Below, piece by piece: positions 11,801 to 24,905 of a stretch of DNA of 64,000 nucleotides. Source of the stretch: Mobula hypostoma (taxonomy: Eukaryota); NCBI RefSeq assembly GCF_963921235.1, contig NC_086097.1:247506001-247570000 (forward strand). Reading direction: 5' to 3'. The notes beneath the pieces are model-generated. The model was not told the origin of the DNA. It saw only the letters and a program-made list of their open reading frames with translations, and did no database searches. Position 1 is the stretch's first letter. Every line of letters starts with the position of its first letter. A program made the translations under genes and the position numbers.

Positions 11801-14139
11801 AAAGAGGATATGTCCTGGGTGATGAGGGCCCTTAATGATGGATACTGCCTTTCTGAGGCATCATCTTTTGAAGGGATCCTTGATAATGGAGCTTTCTGCA
11901 GCTTTTTCCGATCCTGTGCTCCGGAGCTTCATACCTGATGGTGACGCGACCAGTTAGAATCTTCTCCATGGTACATCTGTAGAAATTTGCTAGTGTCTTA
12001 ATTCACATTAAATTTATTATCAAAGTGCATATATGTCACCATATACAACCCTAAGATTTATTTTCTTGCAGGGATTCACCGTAAATACAAAAAAAACCCC
12101 AACAGAATCAATGAAAAACTACACACAACAGGATGGACAAGCAACCAATGTGCAAAAGAAAACAAGCTATGCAAATAGAAAAAGAAAAACAGACAAAATA
12201 ATAATAATACATAAATAAACATTAAATATCAGGGACATGAGGTGAAGTGTCCTTGAAAGTGAGTCCATAGGTTGTGGGAACGGTTCAGTAGTGGGCCAAG
12301 TGAGGTTGAGTGAAGTTATCCCCTCTGGTTAAAGAGCCTGATGTTTGACGGCTAGTAAATGTTCCTGAACCTGGTGGGGTGAGTCCTGAGGCTCCTGTAC
12401 CTTCTCCCTGATGGCAGCAGTGAGAAGAGAGCATGACCTGGGTGGTGGGGGTCCCTGAGGATGGAAACTGCTTTCCTGCGACAGCGCTTCATATAGATGT
12501 GCTCGATAGTTGGGAGGGCTTTGCTTGTGATGGACTGGGCCGTATCCACCACTTTTTTGTAGGCTTACTGTTGCGCCTTCTTCATAATTGTATAAAATCT
12601 TCGCAAGAAAGGGTTGCCCATAAAATCTTCTTGTGGTATGGAATTACTTTCCTTTTGGCTGGTATAAAGATGGCTACAATCAATATGCATTAATGACATG
12701 TACTCAACCCACAAATCCTTACATTGCCTCATCACCACTACAGAGGAAACTATATGAAGTAGAAGATGAGATATTCCAAAGAAGTTTAATTGAGGCAGAA
12801 TTCTCCTTATAAAGGCCACCTGACTTATCAAGTTATTTTATTGCACTTAAAATAATTTCCCAATGATATGAATGAACAAACAGAATAATCAAAATGAGAT
12901 TTGTTTTTAATATTACTGGCGTATATCATGCATTTTGCTGTTTTGTGGCAGTAGTACCTTGCAATGTATAATGTATGAAAAACTAGAAATTACAATAAGA
13001 AGCATATATAAGAAAACTATATTAAATGAGTTGTACAAAAAGAGAGGGAAAACAGTGAGGTAGTGCTCATGGGTTCAATGTCCATTCAGAAATCTGATGG
13101 CAAGAGGGGAAGAAGCTGTTCCTGAAACATTGAGTGTGTGTCTTCGGGCTGCTGTAAAAATATCTAAATATTGAAAAAATACATGAATAGGTAATTGTGT
13201 TTTTATTGTATTCAATATCAAACAAAAAACAGAAAAAACAAAAGACGACGCAACAGACTTTTAACACCATAAATCAGCGAGATGTTTTGTTATGTCTCCC
13301 CTCTCGCTGTGAAATGGGGGCGCCTCTTTTTCCTTTATTAGGGAGAGAGAGAGAGCCTGTGGTATGTCGAATTACCGGGTGAATGAGAAGTCTTTGGGGT
13401 ACTGCAAGTCTGCCCTTATTGATGCTTTACTGCATGCTTGAGTGCTCGGAGGAGGGTGCTGATGCTTTTTTGCTGGTGGGGGAGGGGGGATCGTTGCTTT
13501 GCTGATGCTTGTGCGTGGGAGGGGGAGCTGGGGGTTACTTTGGAGTTCTAACATTTAACTGTCATTCATTCTTTGGGGCACTCCTCTGTTTTCATGGATG
13601 TTTGCGAAGAAAAAGAATTTCGGGATGTATATTGTATACATTTCTCTGACATTAAATGTACCTATTGAAACAAAATAAGATACAGGAGGTACCTAACAAA
13701 TTGGTTACAGTGTCTAATTTCCTAATAATATGAATGAACAAATAAAATAAGGAAAATATTGAAACATTTACAGTAATTGTGATTTTTATTGAGGACTGTA
13801 TTCAATATCAAACAAAATGCGATATAAGCCATTGCTTTTGACAGTCAGAAAAAAATTCATACCAAACCTCATCTTCAATAACACCTTTCGCTCTAGATAT
13901 TCTGTTGACTGTCAAAACAAATCAGTCAAAGTACACTAGAGAATCTTTGTGTTGTCAAGTCTCTGCTAATATATTCACTTCTGCTGCTCAGACAGTCCCT
14001 TGGGGTTGAAGATGACTCGTTTCCTCTCCAGTTGTCTGGGTTCTAAGGTAGCTGATGTTATCAATGGCAAACCTGCTGACTCTACCACTCGGCACTTACC
14101 AATTTTTGTCAATGCAACATAGTCTTCACTTCCAAGAGG

Positions 14140-14620
14140 ACCAGAACCTTGTCATGGCTTGGAGGCTTGCACGACTCAATGACCTGGAGAGCTATGTTGG
14201 CTGGAGTCAGGGCTTTATGGTTTGGCTCATGGTAAGGACTCTCATGCCAAACAGATCAATTGAGGCACACAAGCCTCCAAGCCATGACAAGGTTGTGGTC
14301 CTCTTGGAGGTGAAGTCTACGGTTCACTGACAAAAATTGGCAAGGGCCAGACTAAGAGTGGTCCACCTGTCCTCCAGGTTCGGGGGTTCAGCTCAGGACT
14401 AACAACCCCGACTGGTAAAACAAAACTGTTACGGAAACAGCAATGATGAATCCTTCTACATCTGAGCGTGATGACATTCCCGAGTCTCCACCTGGGACTT
14501 GCATGACTGGCAATAGTGAAAACTGAGAGGCAGCTACTGACATGATGTGCTCCACCAGAGATGGAGGATCTTCATTGCTGCCCTAAACGCCAGTGGTGTA
14601 ATGGGCAGTGAGTAAGTAAC
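14140..14620 (+). mobile_element. RTE-derived bipartite non-autonomous element
   Basis: Similar copy at ~58660-59085; 3' end resembles an RTE ORF terminus (WRIFIAALNASG) plus an AGTA-type tail. Confidence 0.6.
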
Positions 14621-14699
14621 TATGATAGACTTCAGAAATTGAGGCGGGGCAGGGCGGGGTTCAAGTTCTCCTGTCTACATCATTGGTGAGGAGATCCTG

Positions 14700-15618
14700 G
14701 AGTACTCCTATTAACTGTTGCTTTTGAAAAGAGAGAGAGAGTTATTTACCACCAATATGTTGCTTTTGAAAAGAGAGAGAGAGAGAGACGAAGATTAACG
14801 GTTGGACTATCACTTTAAGGCATTGGAAGTAACTTTGGATTTCTACTGAGTTGGGTTTGGAGACAGCACCGAGCAGCTCGAAAGTTGCTATGGTAACCGA
14901 AGGCAGATCATTGATGTTACTTTCAAGGACTTGTTGCCTGCTTGTGCATTTCTTCACAGACAAAGGAAGGAGGGACTCTTTGAGTGACAATTGATGCTCA
15001 GCACGGGAAGATAAAATGGGAGGTCAGATGATACAGACCTCAGACACATGATCTGGACACTGAATGAGCATTGTTGTGCCTGCAGAGAAAGTGGGTTTTG
15101 GAGGATCGATTAGGCGGATCGATCCAAATTGCTTTTCTAGTGGTGAAGAAGGGTTTGACTAGTGGGGAGTTGTCTATGTGTCCACCCTTGCCGGGGTGAT
15201 AACTCCACCACAGGAAAACCTGTTAAAGTCACAGTCGGTGACTTGTGAAGGATTTCGGAGGATGATGAGGAAATCGACGACAGCAGCTCACCTGAAGACT
15301 CGACTCAACTCTCTCTCTCTCCATCACTACTCAACTAAATACCACGAACTGAACTGAACTGAACTTTACTCAACATCGTAAGACTGTATCTTTTTACCCC
15401 TAGACTTAAAGAAGCTTGGTTTTCATACATATATTTCCACACTTACTGATTTACGTACTTATATATATAAAATCATTGCTAACCTGTGTGATTTATTTAC
15501 ATTGATATTACTGTATTGCGTAGTTACTAATAAATATTAGTAATTTATAGCAATACGAGACTCCAAAGTGGTTTCTATTTCTGCTGGTTTCTTTATCTCC
15601 GTCACGGGGTACGTGACA
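14700..15618 (+). mobile_element. Solo LTR (Gypsy-like), 5' end unclear, inside a Rex1-like fragment
   Basis: Ends GTCACGGGGTACGTGACA; shares several blocks with the LTR at 59573-60403; Rex1-like RT sequence on both sides. Confidence 0.7.
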
Positions 15619-16799
15619 GAAGGTTGAGAGCTTTAATTTCCAAGGTGGAAATATTACCAATGTCCTATCCTGGTCCAACCCCATTGATGTCATGGCCAAG
15701 CAATCTCACCAACATCTCTAATTCCTTCAGAGGCTAAAGGAATTCAGCATATCCCCTCATCGACTCTTACCAATTTATAATGATGCACTATAGAAAACTC
15801 TCTGTCTGGATGCATTGCGGTTTGGAGTGGTAACTGCTCTGCACGTGACTGCAAGAAACTGCAGAGAGTTGTGGACACAGCTCAGCACAGCACGGAAACC
15901 AGCCTCCCCTCCATGGAGTCTGTCTACACACCTCGCCGCCTCAGTAAAGCAGTCAGGACAGTCAAAGATCCTACCTACACCACACATTATCTCTTCTCCC
16001 CTCTTCCATCAGGCAGAACCACATAGCACCAACTTCTACTCTTCTGTTATAGGATTGTTAAATAATTCCCGAATGTAGTAAATTGGACTGTTAACCTCAC
16101 AATCCACGTCATTATGATCTTCAACCTTTTTACTTCTGCATTACAGTTTCTCTGTAGATGTTACACTTTATTCTGCATTCTGTTATTGTTTTACCTTGTT
16201 CTACCTCAATGATCTGCACGGGTAATATTCTAGACAAGCTTTTCACTGTATATTGGTACATGTGACAATAATAAACCGACCCAGTTCCAGTTCCAATTTC
16301 AATGTCAAAGTGGGAGAGAGGGTGCTTGACAGGGTGACTTTGTACTTTGGGAGTGGTGTGTGTGTTTTTTTTCCCACGATTTATGCCGGGTTCCATTTGC
16401 TGAGTGTAATTGGAACAACATGGTAACAGAGTGACATGATAGCGTAGCGGTTAGTGCAATTCTGAGTTGGATGATCAGCCATGATCATACCGAATGGCGG
16501 TGCAGGCTCGAAGGGCCGAATGGCCTACTCCTGCACCTATTTTCTATGTTTCTATGTTCCTATGTAATTACTCTACATCACCAGCGATTCCAGATCGGGG
16601 TTCGATTCCCACCGCTGTCTGTGCATTATCCCCGTGACTGCATGGGTGCTCTGGTTTCTTCCTGCATTGCAAAGACAGACGGGCTAGGGTGAGTGGGCTG
16701 TGGGCATGCAAATGACGTGCTTCAATGTGCATGTGACAAATAAAGTTAATCTTGGAATTTCAGTGCCGGGGAATTCATTCCAGAGAGAATGCTGACATT

Positions 16800-17320
16800 T
16801 AGACCATAAGACCACAAAACACAGGAGCAGAAATAGGCCATTCACCTCAAGTCTGCTCTGGTATACTGTCAACATCTGCTTTAAATATACCCAATGACTT
16901 GGCCTCCACAGCCGTCTGTAGTAATAAATTCCACAGATTCACCCTCTCCTGTCTAAAGAAATTCCTCCTCATCTGTTCTAAAAGGACATCCCACTATCCT
17001 GAGGTTGTACCCTCTGGTCTTAGACTTCTCCACCATAAGAAGCATCCTCTCCACATCCACTCTATCGAGGCCTTTCACCATTCGATAGGTTTCAATGGGA
17101 TAGAGTTATAGAAAAGTACAGCACAGAAACAGCCCTTTCGGCCCATCTAGTCCATGCTGAAACATTTAAACTGCCTACTCCCATCGACCTGCACCTGGAC
17201 CGTAGTCCTCCATACCTCTACCATCCATGTACCTATCCAAAATTCTCTTAAACATTGAAATTGAGCTTGTATGGACTACTTGTGCTGGCAACTCATTCCA
17301 CACTGTCACGACCCTCTGGG
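16800..17320 (-). mobile_element. Two CR1 3'-end fragments
   Basis: QRVVTVWNELP..FKRILDRYM and CR1-type 3' UTRs. Confidence 0.8.
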
Positions 17321-17888
17321 GTTGAATGGGATCTGGGATCAGCCATGATGAGGTGGTGGAGCGGACTCGATGGGCTGAATGGCCTAATTCTGATCCTATT
17401 TCTTTTGGTCTGAGTGATCCCGCACCCCCCCGCCAGTCTTCTAGACTCGAGTGAGAACAGTCTAGAGACATCAACACTTCTCATACGTTAATCCTTTCAT
17501 TCCTTGTTACATTTGATGACTTATCCTCAGTGAATTTGGAGGTTCTTATGGAGACAATGTTGCTGGCATCTCTCCAGTAGTTTGAGGTACCTGTCAGGAA
17601 TAATTGGTGCTTAGCGGACCATGAGACTTTTGCTGGATCTGAGGTCTTGACCTTCAAGCACTCATTTCCTCAGACAGTCGAAGGCTGTATTGTCACCATC
17701 AATGCTATCATCAGCACCTGCCCAACAGATGTGATTCTGTTTTAACATTTTGGATTAAAGATACCATGGATCACAACAGTCCAGGAACACTACCACACCA
17801 CTTGTTTTTGCACTACTCACTTAATTTAGTGTGTGTATATGTAAATAATGTCGTTGTTGAGTAGCTTGCTGAGCTGGCTTGTTAGCTA

Positions 17889-18137
17889 GTACACATCCAC
17901 ATACACACACATACATGTAGACACGTACACATCCACGTACACACACATACATGTAGACACGTACACACACATACATGTAGACACGTACACATCCACGTAC
18001 ACACACATACATGTAGACACGTACACATCCACGTACACACACATACATGTAGACACGTACACATCCACATACACACACATACATGTAGACACGTACACAT
18101 CCACATACACACACATACATGTAGACACGTACACATA
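17889..18137. repeat. 36-bp minisatellite, about 7 copies
   Basis: Unit GTACACATCCAC(A/G)TACACACACATACATGTAGACAC, one shortened unit. Confidence 0.95.
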
Positions 18138-18149
18138 TCGAACTCAATA

Positions 18150-19050
18150 TATAAGTTTTCTGGTGACACAACAATTGTAGGCCGTATCTCGGGTAATGAT
18201 GAGTTTGAGTACAGAGAGGAAATTAAGAACCTGGTGGCATGGTGCGAAGACAATACCCTATCCCTCAACGTCAGCAAGAAGGTTGTTGACTTCAGAAGGA
18301 GTAGCGGACCGCATGACCCAATTTACATCGGTGGTGCGCAAGTGGAAGAGGTCAAAAGCTTTAAGTTCCTCGGGGTCAATATCACAAATGACCTGACTTG
18401 GTCCAACCAAGTAGAGTCCACTGCCAAGAAGGCCCACCAGCACCTTCACTTCCTGAGAAAACTAAAGAAATTTGGCCTGTCCCCGAAAACCATCACTAAT
18501 TTTTATAGATACACCGTAGAAAGCATTTTTCTAGGGTGCATCACAACCTGGTATGGAAGTTGTCCTGTCCAAGACCGGAAGAAGCTGCAGAAGATCGTGA
18601 ACACGGCGCAGCATATCACACAAACCAATCTTCCATCCTTGGACTCACTTTACACTGCACGCTGTCGGAGCAGTGCTGCCAGGATAATCAAGGACACAAC
18701 CCACTCACCCAACACATTTTTCGTCCCTCTTCCCTCCGGGAGAAGGCTCAGGAGCTTGAATACTCGTACGGCCAGATTTGGGAACAGCTTCTTTCCAACT
18801 GTGATAAGACTGCTGAATGGATCCTGACCCGGATCTGGGCCGTACCCTCCAAATATCCAGGCCGGCCTCTCAGTTTTTTTGCACTACCTTACTTTCTATT
18901 TTTCTATTTTCTATTTATGATTTATAATTTAAATTTTTAATATTTATTATCAATTTGTAATTCAGGGAGTGGGAAGCACAGAATCAAATATCGCTGTGAT
19001 GATTGTACGTTCTAGTACCAATTGTTTCGTGACAATAAAGTATAAAGTAT
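18150..19050 (+). mobile_element. Rex1/Babar-like LINE 3' portion (RT C-terminus, 3' UTR, TATAAAG tail)
   Basis: ORF 18234..18827 WCEDNTLSLNVSK..FKFLGV..SFFPTVIRLLN; same family on the minus strand at ~42140-42470. Confidence 0.85.
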
Positions 19051-19505
19051 ACACACGAGAAAATCTGCAGATACTGGAAATCCAAAGCAACACACTCAAA
19101 ATGCTGGAGGAACTTAACAGGTCAGGCAGCGTCTATGGAAATGAATAAACAGTTGATGCTTTGGGTTGAGGTCCTTCTTCGGGACTGGAAAGGAAGGCGG
19201 AAGATGCCAGAATAAAAAGGCGGGAGTTATGGGAAGGAGGATAGCTGGAAGGTGATTGGTGAAGCCAGGGGGTGGGGAAAGGTGAAGGGCTGGAGATGAA
19301 GGAATCTGATAGGAGAGGAGAGAGGGCCATAGGAGAAAGGGAAGGAGGAGGGGATCCAGGGGGAAGTGATCAGCAAGCGAGAAGAGGTAAAAGGCCAGTG
19401 GGGAGTAGAAGATGAAGGGAGGGGGAAGGACAATTTTTTTTTCACCGGAAGGAGAAATCGATATTCACGCCATCAGGTTGGAGGCTACCCAGACAGAATA
19501 CAAGG
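19051..19505 (-). mobile_element. Penelope-like element 3' end
   Basis: Minus strand reads LVFCLGSLQPDGVNIDFSFR* (GIY-YIG C-terminus), then a pyrimidine-rich tract, a decayed hammerhead and the common terminal block. Confidence 0.8.
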
Positions 19506-20330
19506 TATAATTAAATTTCTAGCTCAATACCCTTCAAACTATGACTACAATGGGGAGCTCAGCCACAATGGACTCCTGAAATAAAGTCTTTGAGCTCTTT
19601 CTTTAGATAATTGCTTGAAGAGAAGGAATAGTGAAGGGTATGAAGAACAGGCAGGAGAGTGGTTCACAGCAGGAAAAACAGGAATAGGATTGATGGACCC
19701 AGAGCTAGTTCATTTGCTGTGAATTCCAAGATAACTGAGAAGAGATTCAGACAGTATCTATGAATCCATATGCATCCACAACTTGTGGAATTCCATTCAT
19801 GATGTCAGCGTCTGATCTCACTTGCCCTTTGCAAAGCCAAATTGGCTTCAGAATGGCACAGAGCCACAGGGTGTTTCTTTCAATAATAGAATCTGATCCC
19901 TCTGAGGGGTAAACATCGCTGTTCAAAGTCACTGTCAGTCATTCAATACCGTTTGAAATTCTGATAGCCCGAGAAGTCTTCAGTCTAGGAAACTGATATC
20001 TAACAATGTCCAGTATCAAGATACAGGGCAGATGCTGAAAAAACATAACACACACTTCAAAGAAAGAGGGAGAATTGGAAAAATGACAAAAAAACACAAA
20101 GAATAATATAACTTTTAGGATCCTACACACCCTGCTGACAGACTGTTTGTCGCACTCCTATCAGAAAAGGAGCTACATAGCACCCACATCAGGACAACCA
20201 GACTCAAAGACAGTGACTGTGTTTTCCTCAAGCAGTAAGGCTGATCAACACCTCCACCCACTAACACATCCCTCCTTTCTCCACCCCTACTAGAGACACC
20301 TCAACCACTGAACATTCTTCATCTCCCAAT

Positions 20331-21258
20331 CACTGACACACTCCTCTCCACAGTCCCTCACCACCCCCTTCATCCCCCCATTCACTGTCACTTTACACTG
20401 ACACTCCACACCTCATACCCACACTGACACACTCCTCTCCACAGTCCCTCACCACCCCCTTCATCCCCCCATTCACTGTCACTTTACACTGACACTCCAC
20501 ACCTCATACCCACGACACTCCTCTCCACAGTCTCTCACCACCCCTTTCATCCCCCCATTCACTGTCACTCCACACTGACACTCCACACCTCATACCGACA
20601 CTGACACACTGCTCTCCACAGTCCCTCACCACCCCCTTCATCCCCCATTCACTGTCACTTTACACTGACACTCCACACCTCATACCCACACTGACACACT
20701 CCTCTCCACAGTCCCTCACCACCCCCTTCATCCCCCATTCACTGTCACTTCACACTGACACTCCACACCTCATACCCACACTGACACACTCCTCTCCACA
20801 GTCCCTCACCACCCGCTTCATCCCCCATTCACTGTCACTTCACACTGACACTCCACACCTCATACCCACACTGACACACTCCTCTCCACAGTCCCTCACC
20901 ACCCCCTTCATCCCCCATTCACTGTCACTTCACACTGACACTCCACACCTCATACCCACACTGACACACTCCTCTCCACAGTCCCTCACCACCCCCTTCA
21001 TCCCCTATTCACTGTCACTTCACACTGACACTCCACACCTCATACCCACACTGACACACTCCTCTCCACAGTCCCTCACCACCCCCTTCATCCCCCATTC
21101 ACTGTCACTGTACACTGACACTCCACACCTCATACCCACACTGACACACTCATCTCCACAGTCCCTCACCACAGTCCCTCACCACCCCCTTCATCCCCCA
21201 TTCACTGTCACTTTACACTGACACTCCACACCTCATACCTACACAGACACACTCACTG
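20331..21258. repeat. 90-bp C/A-rich minisatellite, about 10 copies
   Basis: TCCCCCATTCACTGTCAC recurs at 20641, 20731, 20821 and 20911 (period 90). Confidence 0.97.
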
Positions 21259-21984
21259 ACCTACTGTGTTTTCCATCATGCCCTGTTGCTACTGAGAATA
21301 GTTGCTCTTGTCAAGAGTCACTTTGACACTTCACCATTTCCTGTCAGAGTCATTTTATGTTCAGATACTCCTGCACCTAGTGTCACTTTCTGTGCTCACA
21401 ATCAGTCTATGTACACAAGCTGTAACATAATCAAAGTGCTGGAGGATCCCAGCAGGTAAGGCAGCATCTAGGTTCAAGATTCAAGATTCATGTACATTTA
21501 TTAGCACAGAATGTGTAAAGTGAGATTTATCTGCTCACAGGTAGCAGTAGAGGAAGAAACATGAAAAAACCCAATTAAAGAATTGTTTTAATATATGGAG
21601 AGGGGCTTCACGTACAAAACCTGTACATATATATAAACTAATCTTACAGGGTATATATATATATATATATATATATACAGCCACACTCAATTTGTTCATT
21701 GTGTTTTATACAGTAGGCTGCTTTCATATTTATCTTTATTATGTATTTTTTACTGTATTCTCAATGCTGAATTTACAGGATCTGGAGTACTACTATACGT
21801 TTGTGTACTGAAGGATCTTGTCCAGTGTGTTACTTTACACTTGTATCCTGAAGGATCTTGAATCTTGAGAAACCATAGACCCAGTGAAGCACTGATTCAG
21901 AATCACATGTACATAAAAACATACAGTGGAATGCGCCATTTCCATTCAGAACTGACACAACCAAGAAGTACAAACAAGGGGTAC

Positions 21985-22315
21985 CGATAGGGTAAATGCT
22001 TTTTACGCCGAGCTTGGGTGAAACTATAATCAGAGGCCATGGGTGAAGGGTGAAAGGAGAAAAGTTTAACGGGAACATGAGGAGAAAGTTCTTCTCTTAG
22101 AGGGTTGTGAGGGTGTGGAATGAGCTGCTATTGCATGTTGTGCATGCCAGCTTGATTTCAATGTTTAAGAGAAGTTTGGATAGGTACACTGTTGGTAAAG
22201 GTACAGAGGGTTCGTGGTACCGGGGCAGGTTGATGGGAGTAGGCAGTTTAAATGGTTTGGTATGGACTAGATGGGCCAAAGGGAATGCTTCTCGGCTGTA
22301 CTTTTCTACGGCTCT
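21985..22315 (+). mobile_element. CR1 3' end
   Basis: RVWNELL..FKRSLDRY plus 3' UTR. Confidence 0.8.
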
Positions 22316-23580
22316 AACCTAAGGATGTGCTGGGAGCTGCCTGCAAGTGCTGACACCGATGCTGGTACCAATAGAGCATGTCCACAATGTTCAACAGTGA
22401 GTACTACCCTTGTTCAGTCTTCTAACTTAAAAATAGACAGAAGTTTAAGAGTTCAGCAACGTTCCTTCAGCAATAATGATGTAATTGTCATACATATTTA
22501 CATTCAGCGATGATAGTTGAGAGATTATATTGTCAAGGACTTTGAGATGGGGAAAAATCTCCTGTTTGTAAAAAACTGACCCAAGTTATTTCCACCTGAG
22601 TTTTGATGTCTTGGCATCACTATCAAAGGCGCCTACCATCAGTAACTCCACTGAAGTGTCAGCCTAGGTAATGTAAGTATGGGGGCTTGTAGCTACAATA
22701 TTTCTACACCCATACATATTAAAAATATACTACATTATTAAAATGAGTAACAAATATAGAGGAGGATAGAAATAGAGGGTGGGGCTGGAGTCTTGGGTTG
22801 CGTGCTGCAAGGTTTGATCACCTTGGCAGCACCGGCTGTGGACTCATTTCTGGGGGGAGCAGGGAACCCTGCGGTTTGATGTTTAATGTCCTCAGCACCG
22901 AATGCGCCCTGTGACTGAGGACTCACTTCGGCAGCTTGGCACTTTGTGTGTTTTTGTTCAATCTTTTTTTCTAACCATTTGTGTGATTCGATCGAGGCGC
23001 TTTGGCGTGAAACTGGCTCTGGGGCTTCGACATAGCGCAGGACTGACTGACTCGGTGCTTGTGGCACCTGGACCTTCTCGGGGACTCTGTACTTTGATGC
23101 CTAATGTTCTGTGTCCTATGAGCTCACTTCCTGCTGTTTGTGCAATTTGTCCTTTTTTCGCATGTCGGTTGTTTGATGGTCTTTGTTGTGAGGTGTTTTT
23201 CTTCGAACGAGTTTCATGAAGTTTCTTTGCTTTGTGGATGCCTGTGGGAAGAAGAATCTCAGGGTTGTATACCATAAACATACTTCGATATATTTTGCAA
23301 TTTTCAGCAGATTTTAGAGATGGTAAGGCTGATTTTTAACATGCTCCGAATTCCATGCAGTAAGGATGGATCTGTCTTTTTTTGTATAATTGCTACTGGC
23401 TCATCTCACTGGTTGTAGGTGAGTGGAAAATTGGCTGGGGAAATTTAGATAGACGGTCTCTGAAGACCATGTATAAAGGAAAAAAAACATGTATGGCTCT
23501 GGGCATTGTGGATCCCCATGGGGTGGATGTGACTCCACACAGTTGGCATATAAAAATAAAATCACTGTCTACAGTCAGTG

Positions 23581-23777
23581 ACACACACAAAATGCTGGTG
23601 GGACGCAGCAGGCCAGACTGCATCCATAGCAAGAAGCACAGTCAACGTTTCGGGCCGAGACCCTTCATCAGGACTGTGATTCTTCTTATGGATGCTGTCT
23701 GGCCTGCTGCGTTCCACCAGAATTTTGTGTGTGCTGCCTGAATTTCCAGCATCTGCAGATTTCCTCCTGTTTGCATT
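23581..23777 (-). mobile_element. Penelope-derived hairpin element with intact hammerhead core and 11-bp TSD
   Basis: Inverted arms flank the ribozyme motif; TSD TACAGTCAGTG at 23570-23580 and 23778-23788. Confidence 0.9.
23637..23678 (-). ncRNA. Minimal type I hammerhead ribozyme motif
   Basis: CACAGUC-CUGAUGA-A-GGGU(CUCG)GCCC-GAAAC-GUU-GACUGUG: 7-bp stem I, conserved core, 4-bp stem II, palindromic ACGU in place of stem III. Confidence 0.8.
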
Positions 23778-23779
23778 TA

Positions 23780-24320
23780 CAGTCAGTGGCCACTTTGTTA
23801 GGTACAGGAGTGGAACCTGGTGTGATCTTCTGCTGCTGTAGCCCATCCACTTCAACGTTTGATGCGTCGTGCATTCAGGGATGCTCGTCTGCATACCCGT
23901 GTTGTAAGGTGTGGTTTTTTTTGATTTACTGTTGCCTTCCTGTTAGCTTGAACCAGTTTGACCATTCTCCTCTAACCTCTCTCATTAACAAGGCGATTTC
24001 ACCCACAGAACCTCTGCTTACAGGATATATTTTTGTTTCTCGCACCATTCTCTGTAAACTGCAGAGACTGGGTGTGTGAAAATCCTAGGAAATCAGCAAC
24101 TTCTGAGATACTCAAACCATCCCATCTGGCACCAACAATCATTCCACGGTTAAAGTCACTTAGATCACATTTCTTCCTCACTTGGATGTTTTGCCTAAAC
24201 AACAACTGAACCTCTTGACCATGTCTGCATGCTTTTATGCAATGAGATGCTGCCACATGATTGGCTGATTAGATATTAGCATTAATAAGTAGGTGTACCT
24301 AATAAAATGGCCATTGAGTG
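23780..24320 (-). mobile_element. Internally deleted Tc1/mariner transposon
   Basis: TIRs CAGTCAGTGGCCACTTTGTTAGGTACA / TGTACCTAATAAAATGGCCATTGAGTG flanked by TA; transposase N-terminus KKCDLSDFNRGMIVGAR..LSISE. Confidence 0.9.
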
Positions 24321-24384
24321 TAGTTGCTTGGACTGCAAGACAAAGTCACTTTGCCTTTGATCTTTAAATGACTCGTGATCTTTC

Positions 24385-24905
24385 AAGAATCACAGGAGTC
24401 AGGGAAGGTCCCAGAGGACTGAACAATTACTGACCTGATACCCCTGTTTAAGAAGGGAGGGAGGCAGAAGGCAGGAAATTATAGGCTGGTTAGCCTGACC
24501 TCGGTGGTTGGTATGATTTTTGAGTCCATTATTAAGGGTGACTTAATAATGTACTTGGAAGTACATGATTAAAAAAAAGGGAAAACGTCAGCACATTTTT
24601 GTTCAGGGGAAATTGTGCCTGACAAATCTGTTGAAATTCTTTGAGGATGTAACAGGAAGGTTAGACAAAGCAGTGTCAGTGAATGTTTACTTACATTTTC
24701 AGAAAGCCTTAACGAGGTGCTACATACAAGACTGGTAAATAAGATAAGAGACCATAGTGTTCCAGAGACAGGATACTAACATGGATGGGAGATTGGCAAC
24801 AAATGAGGATAAAGGGATCCTTTTCTGGTTGGCTGCTGTCGATTAGTGGAGTTTCATGGGAATCAGTGTTGTGACCACCCATTTTCATTAATAATCTGGA
24901 TGCAA
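24385..24905 (+). mobile_element. CR1 RT fragment, heavily decayed
   Basis: PLFKKG..GNYRLVSLTSVVG..CLTNLL.FFE..FQKA remnants. Confidence 0.75.

Noticed and set aside
16465..16560. tRNA or other structured RNA genes near SINE heads and CR1 tails
   Set aside because: B-box-like motifs belong to SINEs and the hairpins to CR1 3' UTRs; no cloverleaf seen
17889..18137. 36-bp repeats suggestive of a CRISPR array
   Set aside because: Head-to-tail units with no unique spacers, no cas genes, eukaryotic context
17821..18277. Cys/Val-rich repetitive ORFs resembling metallothionein or keratin-associated proteins
   Set aside because: They are translations of the 36-bp minisatellite, open in all three minus-strand frames
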